Source of the DNA: Candidatus Krumholzibacteriia bacterium
GTDB lineage: Bacteria > Krumholzibacteriota > Krumholzibacteriia > WVZY01
Direction: 5' to 3'
Assembly (NCBI GenBank): GCA_036478295.1
Contig: JAZGDW010000139.1
Location: 1-62,132, forward strand
DNA: 62,132 nt
Within the stretch, counting starts at the first letter, position 1. Each line of letters begins with the position of its first letter. Shown here in pieces: positions 10,301-17,360 of this stretch. The notes beneath the pieces were generated by a model. That model did no database searches. It was given only the letters and a program-made list of their open reading frames with translations, and was not told the DNA's origin. The position numbers were made by a program, and so were the translations under genes.

Positions 10301-10430
10301 GGCCGGGCGTTACGTCGCCAGGTGGGATGGACGGAATGCGTCTGGGTATGCCGTATCGAGTGGCGTGTACTTTTACAAGATCAAAGCAGGTACATTTGTG
10401 ACGACGAAAAAGATGGTGTTTCTCAAATAA
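4308..10430 (+). CDS. Giant secreted subtilisin-like (S8) serine protease with FN3/Ig-like domains, duplicated ~500-aa modules and a T9SS C-terminal sorting domain
   Basis: 2040-aa ORF with a strong RBS (AGGAGGAGTAATG), a signal peptide and an I9-like propeptide. Catalytic motifs: VIDTGVD (Asp ~4767), HGTHVAG (His ~4932), SGTSMAAPH (Ser ~5412). C-terminal NYPNPFNP...YFYKIKAG...KKMVFLK at 10155-10427. Confidence 0.9.
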   Translation: MRRLFSVMRVVGILSLMFVVGKDTHSQRLSDYALNQIIIKLQAGIPSSEKSLVLSDLGATVIRQFSLIDAELWEISGITVEQAILRFGDDPRVEYVEPNYIVRATQVFPNDPDFDKLWGLHNTGQTGGTPDADVDGPEAWQVGTGDTVVVGVIDTGVDWTHEDLAANIWTNPGEVPGNGIDDDGNGFVDDVRGWDFANNDNNPMDDNRHGTHVAGTIAAVGNNGVGVVGVSWSARIMPLKFLHANGSGFSGDAIAALEYATLMGAHLTNNSWGGGGFSTALRDAIDASGQVRMLFIAAAGNKGQDADLSPHYPAAYDLDNIISVAWTNHNDNLATNSNFGAVSVDLGAPGNGIYSTMPGNTYGHLSGTSMAAPHVSGTASLFWSKHPEFTALQVKTQILRSVDPVPALAGKTVTGGRLNTFTTMLEPETIPPAAVTDLATAGPTSNSITLTWTATGNDSLTGIAAGYDIRYSLSPIDATNFDSATEVAGEPLPQPSGTPESFTVDGLDFSTTYHFAMKVLDFWANTSSVSNSPSGTTLGPPDISVSPASLTASLLTGEIATQELTVRNVGEGTLDFSLSGPPWLSTDPASGRVWTGDSATVDVTFDATGLAGGDYNAGLVVASNDPDEPVVAVPVHLHVTEAPTIAISESVLDFGLVPIGLTAGNTLVISNIGTALLAVSEVTLDDPTFGVDTAGFILAPGASRELPVTFAPAASGVFVGTLTIVSNDPFVPALAVTLQGKGVTPPTIAVSPESLSETLTSGSTSTLTLDVSNINSLGLDLVFNIVEGTAGVSISEVSQAPSRAHAKHRTRPANPIRPSQGHSRPRADSDPWTAVGRSAPGPDVRSLASSVSDANVPARERADAGSTARTRGDTHIFRAEGTANGPGLRILLLHSGADVTMIQDSLLAYPDVSAVDAFDGVSVTPVLDDLLPFHAVVVVVNVPFDEPVVIGDLLADYVDAGGGVILSEGSFLVGLGIDFAVHGRFETGGYTPFEIGSSFSGSARLGTFDGQHSIMNCATDARTSIITHTQLISGAIRVASWQNGQPFIATKGSKVVGFNAFLESKDEGLTHWAEDIPLILHNAVLWTTGVEGSCWASACPTTGIVPADSTMFVTVTFAADAQCVTGGDHFDTLLVVSNDPFTPEVRVPIHLNVIPIPDIAVSDGILDFRSVVIGFSGRDTLVVSNEGTEVLVVNEVTLDNPVFDADTTGFVLGPGEHRNLAVTFSPSNAVVSTGIMTILSNDPDEPEVIVLLQGEGLLPPDISVFPLELNVSLFTDETSAFTVTIENHGEGDLLFNVFEGAEVLAVTTAPTVSTRGSRASGAGQGAARARPSKEPPSDAGGDIRRLADLVKAGEASSTPQAVPAYRFDTGILATATTGEQRRILILHSASRPSLIQSLLLAFPDVSTVDVYNGRFIPPTAESLLQYHCVIAMNDVPFDDPVAIGDVLADYVDFGGGVILTIGTFFTVFGVDYAIHGRFMDEGYSPFEIGSWFPGIGRLGSFDASHPIMRDVTEAYTSLVTETHTTPGASLLASFTNLQRFIATKGVDVVAVNGYLESPAGGFAFWGGDFPEILHNAALWTSGERLCWVSPDPVYDRVPPDSTTYVTIEFNADLACAGAGDFRDTLVVRSNDPDEPVIPIPVHLIVTPRRTIPLSADWNLVSWSLDSEPDSTTSLLSGVMSDLTVALGFDGGGLTFSPSIPPQFNTLNTMDHLHGYWLKMTQAQTLHILGDPVSPQTPIPLATGWNLVSYLPDVPDSTAHALGGVLASTVVVLGFDGAGLMFDPAIPPEFNTLQVMEPGRGYWIKTTGPVTLVYPETSVHPAGSAAAAQTVAGGASVVTPTTEWIGIWGSGVKMDGVPLAAGTMVRAVDRDNVVCGEFTVKSEGKIGLMAVYKDDPGTPTDEGVGAGEQIALYVGDVKISSGITWTGMGDVIDISDVVTAIDIDLPTLPTQYALLQNYPNPFNPTTNIRYELPQRSAVRLVIYNVKGQVVRELVNESQPAGRYVARWDGRNASGYAVSSGVYFYKIKAGTFVTTKKMVFLK
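6231..9248 (+). repeat. Intragenic tandem duplication: module 1 (6231-7772, aa 642-1155) and module 2 (7773-9248, aa 1156-1647) of the protease
   Basis: The modules align along their whole length, e.g. APTIAISESVLDFG / IPDIAVSDGILDFR, RILLLHSGADV / RILILHSASRP, GDLLADYVDAGGGVIL / GDVLADYVDFGGGVIL, VSNDPFTPEVRVPIHLNVIP / RSNDPDEPVIPIPVHLIVTP. Confidence 0.85.
9258..9752 (+). repeat. Two tandem ~80-aa repeats within the protease (IPLSADWNLVSW... / IPLATGWNLVSY...)
   Basis: Repeat 1 is 9258-9518 and repeat 2 is 9519-9752. Shared motifs: GWNLVS, ALGFDGGGL / VLGFDGAGL, PPQFNTL / PPEFNTL, GYWLK / GYWIK. Confidence 0.8.
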
Positions 10431-10540
10431 ACGTGCCCGAGCCGTTTGTGGCTTCGGAGAAAACAAGCACTTGTATGTTTCCTGACATCGATCGCGTGTG
10501 CGACTCGCATCATGCTCGAGACCCTAGGGGGTAGATATCC

Positions 10541-11641
10541 ATGAGAAGGCTGCTGATCATCGCTGTGTTGCTTCTTCCAGTCGCCCTGCAAGCACAGGTT
10601 ATTCCGACCACTGAATGGGTGAGCTTCTGGAGTGATCATTCCGTACTCGATTTCAGCTCCGTGCCCGTCGGTTCGGTGGTGCGGGCATACGATCCACAGG
10701 GCGTGCTGTGCGGCGCATTCACGGCGTCCGCTTCCGGGGCCTACGGACTGATGCCCGTCTACCGGGACGATGTGACGACTGTTGGCATCGACGAAGGCGC
10801 GGAGCCCGGTGATATCATCTCGTTCACCGTTGATGACATACCAGCGATCCCCTTCGGCCCGGACGCCGCAGTCTGGACGGCGAACGGGGACATAAGACGG
10901 GTAAACCTGGCCGCGGGAGTGGCCGATCTCGATATCAAACCGGGATCATGCCCCAACATGTTGAACGCGCTGTTGCCCAACGGTCTCCCCACAGACGCGA
11001 GGTCCATGAGAGGCAGCATTTTACCGGTAGCCATTCTGGGTACGGCGAACCTCGACGTACACGACATCGACGTCGCCTCATTGCGTCTCGAAGGCGTGGA
11101 GCCGGTCCGTCACAGCTATGAGGATGTCACCCAACCGGTCGCTGGCGGTGGGGAGTGTGGCTGCGGGACCGGCGGGTCCGACGGCTTCATCGACCTTACG
11201 CTGAAGTTTCGCAGTACGGAGATCATCGCGGCGCTCGGTGCCTTTTCCGATGGCCAGCAGAGGGTACTGACCGTAAGCGGTGCTCTCGCCGACGGCACAC
11301 CGCTTCGGGCGAGTGACTGTGTGGGAGTGCTGGCGAAGAGTCCCAGGGAACCCGAATTGCCGTCGTTGTCAAGCTCCGGTGGTGTGGTGTTGCAACCGGC
11401 TGCCCCCAACCCTTTCAACCCGGTGACGCGCATTGGTTACATACTATCGAACGAAGCCTATGTCAGGCTCGCCGTGTACGATGTTACCGGGAGAGTGGTG
11501 GATCACCTCGTAGCGCACGTGCAGCCCGCTGGTGAGCACGTAGCCGTGTGGGACGCCGGCACATATCCAAGTGGAATCTACTTCTATCGTCTGGAAGTGG
11601 GGCGTTTCAGCGAGACTCGCAAGCTCATCTTGCTCAAGTAG
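10541..11641 (+). CDS. Secreted T9SS cargo protein of unknown function
   Basis: Signal peptide MRRLLIIAVLLLPVALQA. The N-terminal domain is paralogous to aa 1836-1925 of the upstream protease. A central Cys-containing IKPGSCPN domain is present. C-terminal PNPFNPVTRIGY...IYFYRLEVG...RKLILLK. Confidence 0.8.
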   Translation: MRRLLIIAVLLLPVALQAQVIPTTEWVSFWSDHSVLDFSSVPVGSVVRAYDPQGVLCGAFTASASGAYGLMPVYRDDVTTVGIDEGAEPGDIISFTVDDIPAIPFGPDAAVWTANGDIRRVNLAAGVADLDIKPGSCPNMLNALLPNGLPTDARSMRGSILPVAILGTANLDVHDIDVASLRLEGVEPVRHSYEDVTQPVAGGGECGCGTGGSDGFIDLTLKFRSTEIIAALGAFSDGQQRVLTVSGALADGTPLRASDCVGVLAKSPREPELPSLSSSGGVVLQPAAPNPFNPVTRIGYILSNEAYVRLAVYDVTGRVVDHLVAHVQPAGEHVAVWDAGTYPSGIYFYRLEVGRFSETRKLILLK

Positions 11642-11658
11642 CCGCGATCGCACCCGAA

Positions 11659-11699
11659 GAAGCTGATCGAGGTTGGACCTGGGAGCACGGCCCCAGTGC
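11659..11699 (+). repeat. Conserved 41-nt intergenic motif, copy B (GAAGCTGATCGAGGTTGGACCTGGGAGCACGGCCCCAGTGC)
   Basis: See copy A at 3913..3953. Confidence 0.6.
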
Positions 11700-11879
11700 A
11701 CCCCTGCATTGTGTACTCTCCGTTTCTCGTGTATAATTGTGACTATGGCGACCTGGCCGGCCACATAGTGATCGGCGGTTGGGCCGGCCTGGCAATCCGC
11801 GATTGGAGCTGACCTCGCCCACTCCCCGATCGCTACATCCTTCTCGAACAAGATCGATTGCTAACTGTGGAGAGGCATC

Positions 11880-13313
11880 ATGAGAATCGCTCTCGGTGTA
11901 TTTCTCATCCTTGCCGCGGCGTGCGGCGTCCCAGCGCTCGCGACGGTGGAGATCAGGAACGCCTTCCCGAATATCACGTTCACCCAGCCCGTCGATATTC
12001 AGCACGCCGGTGATGGGACCAACCGGCTCTTCATTGCCGAGTTGAGCGGGCTCATCTGGGTGGTCGAAAACGACTCGACCATCACGCAGCGCAAGCTTTT
12101 TCTGGATATCCAGGGCCCCGTCGGTGGCGGCGAGGGTCTCCTGGGGCTCGCCTTTCATCCCGACTACAGTAGCAACGGTTTCTTTTTCGTCAACTACACG
12201 GCCAGCGCTCCCAACCGTTCCGTCATCGCCCGCTTCGAGGTCAGCGCCACCAATCCGGATTCGGCGGCCGCGGACAGCCTGCGCGTCATCCTGGAGATCC
12301 CGCAGCCCTTCGGCAACCATAACGGCGGTGCCATCGCGTTCGGGCCCGGTGACGGGTACCTCTATGTTCCCATGGGCGACGGCGGCTCGCAGGGCGACCC
12401 GGCGGGAAACGGACAGAACACGACGAACCTCTTCAGCTCGATCATTCGTATCGATGTCGACAGCACGGCGGGCGGTTTGAATTATGTCATTCCAGCCGAC
12501 AACCCGTTCGTCGGCAACATGGCGGGTGTGCGTGAAGAGATCTGGGCGTGGGGATTCCGCAATCCGTGGCGCTGCAGCTTCGATCCGGTCACCGGCCGTT
12601 TCTGGGTCGGCGACGTCGGCCAGGACGCGATCGAGGAGATCGACGTCGTCGAGAAAGGAAAGAACTACGGTTGGAACATTATGGAGGGTGAGAGTTGTTT
12701 CAACCCCCCGGCGGGCTGTGACACGACCGGTCTCACGTTACCGGCATGGCAGTATCTCCACTCCCTCGGCAACTCGGTCACCGGCGGGTACGTTTACCGG
12801 GGTACGATGATCCCTTCCCTCGTTGGTCAGTACGTCTACGCGGACTTCGGGTCCGGGCGCGTCTGGTCACTGGACTATGATGGAATAAGCCCTACGGTCA
12901 ACACGCAGCTGATGGATACTGTCCTGCGGATTACCTCGTTCGGCGTCGACCGTGACGGAGAACTCTACCTCTGTGCGTTCATCCAGGGCGTCATTTACCG
13001 GTTTTTTCCCTGCGCTCCCACCGCGATTCCAGATGGTACGCCCCACCTCGGCGCACCCTCACTCGGCCAGAACTATCCAAACCCGTTCAATCCCGTGACG
13101 CGCATCACCTATTCACTGCCGCAAGCGGGTCACGTCCGGTTGTCGGTGTACGACGTAGCGGGCAGGCTTATCGACGGGCTGGTGGATACCGTGCAGCCGG
13201 TCGGTGAGCACGCCGTCGTCTGGGATGCAGCGGGCCTCCCGAGCGGGATCTATTTCTACCGGTTGCAAGCGGGCGGCGTCACGGAGACACGAAAGATGGT
13301 TTTGTTGAAGTAA
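11880..13313 (+). CDS. PQQ-dependent sugar (glucose/sorbosone-type) dehydrogenase beta-propeller with T9SS sorting domain
   Basis: Motifs GLLGLAFHPDY, NHNGGAIAFGPGDGYLYV, WAWGFRNPWR, GKNYGWN, GGYVYRG. Signal peptide present. C-terminal NYPNPFNPVTRITY...IYFYRLQAG...RKMVLLK. Confidence 0.85.
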   Translation: MRIALGVFLILAAACGVPALATVEIRNAFPNITFTQPVDIQHAGDGTNRLFIAELSGLIWVVENDSTITQRKLFLDIQGPVGGGEGLLGLAFHPDYSSNGFFFVNYTASAPNRSVIARFEVSATNPDSAAADSLRVILEIPQPFGNHNGGAIAFGPGDGYLYVPMGDGGSQGDPAGNGQNTTNLFSSIIRIDVDSTAGGLNYVIPADNPFVGNMAGVREEIWAWGFRNPWRCSFDPVTGRFWVGDVGQDAIEEIDVVEKGKNYGWNIMEGESCFNPPAGCDTTGLTLPAWQYLHSLGNSVTGGYVYRGTMIPSLVGQYVYADFGSGRVWSLDYDGISPTVNTQLMDTVLRITSFGVDRDGELYLCAFIQGVIYRFFPCAPTAIPDGTPHLGAPSLGQNYPNPFNPVTRITYSLPQAGHVRLSVYDVAGRLIDGLVDTVQPVGEHAVVWDAAGLPSGIYFYRLQAGGVTETRKMVLLK

Positions 13314-13482
13314 CCGCCGCGAGTGAAGAGCCGGGGTGAATTTACCCGAAACAAACGCCGCCGAACCACGTATAATCCTTAATACTCGCCCCCTCTGATT
13401 TCCCGCTTACAGTAGTTGAGCCGCGTCCGGTCAGCCGGTCGCTTCAATCGTCTTGCATCATTATAACCATGTGAGGTTTCAT

Positions 13483-14493
13483 ATGTTACGAACAACGTGC
13501 CTGGTTGTTGTCGCTTTGGTGATGGCCGTGTCGGCGGTCGCTTTGGCCCCCGGGGGGGCCGCCGCGTCGGACTTTGCCATGGACCAGATCTACACCATCG
13601 ACGGTATCCACTCCTACGTGGGTTTCAAGATCAAGTATATGGGGTTCGCCAAGGTCCGCGGGCGCTTTCCGGGCTTTTCGGGAACGATCCGGTTCGACGA
13701 GAACGACGTAACCCGGACGTCCGCCACGATGGTGATAGAGGTGGCGAGCCTGGACACCGAGAACGACCGGCGCGACAAGGACCTCAAATCCGATCAATGG
13801 TTGGACGCCGAAGCGTTCCCGACCATGACCTTTCGAAGTAAACGCGCCGTAAAGACAGACGTCGGATTCGACCTGATCGGCGACCTCACGGTTCGCGACG
13901 TCACGCACGAAGTGCGCATCGTGATGGACGAGTTCTCCGGCCTCATGAAGGACATCCGCGACGACACGCAGGTGATTTTCGTCGGCCATACCGAAATCAG
14001 CCGCAAGGCGTTCGGTGTCAAAGGCGATCGCTGGAGCAAGATCAAGGCCGGGATTACCGGCGTCGGAGATAAGGTCGAGATCGAGCTCACTGTTCTCGCC
14101 AAACAGATCAACGAGGGCAATTTCAAGAACTGGGTGCGGAATGTCGAAAGACCGCAGGGCAAGATCTATCACACCATCGCCGAAGGTACGGTCAAAGACG
14201 GCCTGACGGAATTCGACGCGATGCTCGGCCAGGCGGACAGCAAGATCAGCCTCGGTGTTCTAAACACGGTGGGCTACATGCTGCTCAAGGAAGGCAGGGT
14301 CGACGACGCGATCGACGTGTTTCGCCATAACCTCCTTGCATTTCCCGATGAGGGAGGACTGTACGATTCACTCGGAGAGGCATATGCGGTCAAAGGCGAG
14401 TGGGGCGAAGCGATCAAGCAATACAAGATCGCTCTCGAAAAGGACCCGCAAAACGCAAACGCCATCGAGATCTTGCGTCACATGGAGAATTAA
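13483..14493 (+). CDS. YceI-like (polyisoprenoid-binding) domain fused to C-terminal TPR repeats, secreted
   Basis: Start chosen at MLRTTCLVVVALVMA (RBS GTGAGG). YceI motif HSYVGFKIKYMGFAKVRGRF. TPR-like tail ending KQYKIALEKDPQNANAIEILRHMEN. Confidence 0.75.
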   Translation: MLRTTCLVVVALVMAVSAVALAPGGAAASDFAMDQIYTIDGIHSYVGFKIKYMGFAKVRGRFPGFSGTIRFDENDVTRTSATMVIEVASLDTENDRRDKDLKSDQWLDAEAFPTMTFRSKRAVKTDVGFDLIGDLTVRDVTHEVRIVMDEFSGLMKDIRDDTQVIFVGHTEISRKAFGVKGDRWSKIKAGITGVGDKVEIELTVLAKQINEGNFKNWVRNVERPQGKIYHTIAEGTVKDGLTEFDAMLGQADSKISLGVLNTVGYMLLKEGRVDDAIDVFRHNLLAFPDEGGLYDSLGEAYAVKGEWGEAIKQYKIALEKDPQNANAIEILRHMEN

Positions 14494-14581
14494 CGCCTGT
14501 GGTGGACGGTGGCGCCGGGAGCGTGCCCCGGTACCGTCGGCCGCGATCAGGCTTGAGGCTGCGGGCCCGCGGCGCGGACGC

Positions 14582-16330
14582 TCATTTCAAAAGTACCATC
14601 TTGCGGGTCTCGCTAACGCCTGCTGCTTGCAGGCGGTAGAAGTAGACGCCGGTCGCCACCTGCCTGTCGCCGTCGTCGCGGCCGTCCCACACGACCGCGT
14701 ACCCGCCGTTCCGCGGGACCTGGTCCGCGTCCACCAACGTTCGCACAAGCGCACCGGCAACCGAGTACACACGAAGATCCACATGCGACGGCGAAGCAAT
14801 CGAGTACTGGATCGTCGTGCTCGGGTTGAACGGGTTGGGATGATTCTGGTGAAGCGCGGTCGGTTGCGGCGTGTCCCCGATCCCCGTTGGTATCTCGGAT
14901 ATGCGCTTGACGCGCACATTGTCAAAGAGCGGTGAATGGCTGTGACACGGGTCGAGGTGGAAGCGCCGGTCTTCACACCGGAACGCAATCTGGATATTTG
15001 TCGCCGCGGGGTCGATCCACGTTGAGATATCGACGATGTTTTGTACCCAGTCCTTCTCGGTGCCAACCATGTCGCTGGTCCTCCGCCACGGCGTCGGGCA
15101 TCCATCCACGAAGGAGCGCGCGCGCAGCGTGTAGCGCACACCCGTCGCTGACACGATGTCGCGGTAGACGTCGAACTCGACGAAAGTCGGCGCACTCGGA
15201 CTCATCGGCGTTCCGTTCTCGTCCAGCAGGAGGCTGATGACGGGCGACCAGATTTCGTTGATAAGAAACTTTTCCGTCTGGAAATTCAGGTCGTTCGTTG
15301 GTTGCTGCCTGGGAACGGCGAGTTGTGCCGCAAAACCGCCGCACCCGTAGTTGTCCGGTGAGTTTTCGAAAAACCCCCAGAAATTCGTATTATTGACGAT
15401 CACGCCTTCTTGCAAGACGCTCAGGCCGTTAAAGAGCGCGCTGTGGTCCCCGAACACACCCGGCACACCGGCGGCCCAGTCGCCGTCGGTGGTCTGGGTG
15501 GCGCCCACGGCTTCCGATTCGAAATCCTGCGTGTCGACAACACCGGAACCGTCGCCTACGACCAGGTCGTCCACGACCAGGGCGCCGTCCGAGTTGCCGA
15601 TGCCGATGAAGTTGTCCTCGTCGGACACGGCGCCATCCGAGCTGAAATAGAAACGGAACTGGATTGTGCCCGAATGGTTCGCCGCGGGGATGGCGAACGA
15701 TTCGGTGGCGCTTCCCGTTCCGTCGTAGCCGCCGGGGACCCCGCCGTTGACCGGCAAGTTGGTCCAGCCACCCCCACCGGAGCGGTATTGAAAAAAGGTG
15801 AAGTCGTAGCTTGCCTCACTGTCCCAACGAACCAGGTAGTCGACGGAGACATCGCCGGTCACGGGAAAATCGACGGATTTGAGTTCCTGCCTCCAACCGT
15901 TTCCGTAACCCGGCGCAGCCACCCAGTTACAAAGCGGTGGGCTGGCCGACGGGCGCACGCCGAGCCACATCGACTGGCTGCCCGCGAGCGGGGAATACGG
16001 CGGCAGCATATTAACAAAGTTGTCGACGTGGAAGTACAGCTCCTGGTCTGTCGCATCGCGCGAGACCCATCCCTGTGGATCCGGCCCGCCGCCCGGTGCA
16101 TCGAACGTAAACTCGACGATGGTGAACGTGTCGATAGCGACCGCCGAGAGTCCGGGACCGGACGCGGTGGACTCACCCGACGCGTGGACCGCGGCGGGCG
16201 CCAAGGCTCGGACGACGACAGGCAGCAGCGGTGCTTTCGTTAGCTCTTTTGAAATGGCGAGTGAACCTGCGGCGATACACACAAGAAGGACGAGAAGCGC
16301 AGACGCCTTCATCAGGGGACGATTTGGCAT
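14582..16330 (-). CDS. Secreted T9SS cargo protein of unknown function
   Basis: AGGAG RBS 6 nt before the ATG at 16330. Signal peptide MKASALLVLLVCIAAG. C-terminal HPNPFNPSTTIQY...VYFYRLQAAG...RKMVLLK. Confidence 0.8.
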   Translation of the reverse strand: MPNRPLMKASALLVLLVCIAAGSLAISKELTKAPLLPVVVRALAPAAVHASGESTASGPGLSAVAIDTFTIVEFTFDAPGGGPDPQGWVSRDATDQELYFHVDNFVNMLPPYSPLAGSQSMWLGVRPSASPPLCNWVAAPGYGNGWRQELKSVDFPVTGDVSVDYLVRWDSEASYDFTFFQYRSGGGGWTNLPVNGGVPGGYDGTGSATESFAIPAANHSGTIQFRFYFSSDGAVSDEDNFIGIGNSDGALVVDDLVVGDGSGVVDTQDFESEAVGATQTTDGDWAAGVPGVFGDHSALFNGLSVLQEGVIVNNTNFWGFFENSPDNYGCGGFAAQLAVPRQQPTNDLNFQTEKFLINEIWSPVISLLLDENGTPMSPSAPTFVEFDVYRDIVSATGVRYTLRARSFVDGCPTPWRRTSDMVGTEKDWVQNIVDISTWIDPAATNIQIAFRCEDRRFHLDPCHSHSPLFDNVRVKRISEIPTGIGDTPQPTALHQNHPNPFNPSTTIQYSIASPSHVDLRVYSVAGALVRTLVDADQVPRNGGYAVVWDGRDDGDRQVATGVYFYRLQAAGVSETRKMVLLK

Positions 16331-16709
16331 GGCCACTCCTAGCTGGTCGGCAGGGTTCAACTCGTGGTGGGGCACTGCGGGCGATGGCGGTGAATGGGGA
16401 TTGAGCCGCGCCGCTTCGCGGTGTCGGCTCCAATCGCCATGTCATGTGCTGCGCTTGCATCAGCGTAGTAATGTTATATTATACCACGGCTTCCGCAAGA
16501 CTTCAAGCCTTCAGCCGCATCGCGCGCTCTCGTGCTCCGCAGCGCTTGCTGGGCGTGCACCCCCCCTGACCCACGGCGCTCCATGGGCGCCACAACCGGC
16601 CCGGAATGCCGCCTGTCCTTGGCGTGATCTTTGCTCCTCTCCGGTCCTGAAACCAATTGCGGCCGGCGGCCTGCTCGCCCCGAAACGACCTACAAGCCCT
16701 GAGGTGATT

Positions 16710-17348
16710 ATGATGAAACGATTTCCGAGTCAAATTTTCCTAGTGGCCATTTGCGTCGCCCTCGCCGTGCTGGCCGGGTGCGCCAAGCGCGTCATGGTGC
16801 CACCCCGAGTCGACCTGAGCGCGTACAACGCGATCGGTCTCGTTACGTTCTCCTCCAATTCAGAGGGAAACCTCCAGCAATTCGCCACCCAGAAATTCGT
16901 GGAGACACTGCAGTCTTCCCAGTCCGGCGTGCGGGTTCTCGAATTGGGCACCAAAGAACACGTCCTTAAGTCCGTCAGGCGGGACCAGATGGATCACGAG
17001 TCCATCCGCGCCATCGGCGAGAAGTATCGCGTCGACGCGATTATCGTCGGCCACATGGAAGTGACCGATGTCAAACCGAACGTCAGCTTCTCCGCGTTGA
17101 TTACGACGATGAGTGTGTCGGCGGACGTCGAAGCGTCGCTGACCACGCGGCTCTACGAAACCGACAGTGGCGCGACTGCCTGGACCAGCTCGGTGCGCGG
17201 CAAGGAGAACGTCGCCCACGTGGGCCTGACGTCCAGGGGACCGGTCCATTTCGGCGCCGATGATCCCGAGACGGCCTACGGCAAGCTGGTATACGGCCTG
17301 GTCTATTCGATCACGAGAGACTTCCGCGTCCGCTACGTCAAACAGTAG
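16710..17348 (+). CDS. Lipoprotein of unknown function
   Basis: MMKRFPSQIFLVAICVALAVLAGC lipobox. The upstream part of the 442-aa track ORF is antisense to the previous gene and was discarded. Confidence 0.7.
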   Translation: MMKRFPSQIFLVAICVALAVLAGCAKRVMVPPRVDLSAYNAIGLVTFSSNSEGNLQQFATQKFVETLQSSQSGVRVLELGTKEHVLKSVRRDQMDHESIRAIGEKYRVDAIIVGHMEVTDVKPNVSFSALITTMSVSADVEASLTTRLYETDSGATAWTSSVRGKENVAHVGLTSRGPVHFGADDPETAYGKLVYGLVYSITRDFRVRYVKQ

Positions 17349-17360
17349 CTCGGCCCCCAT

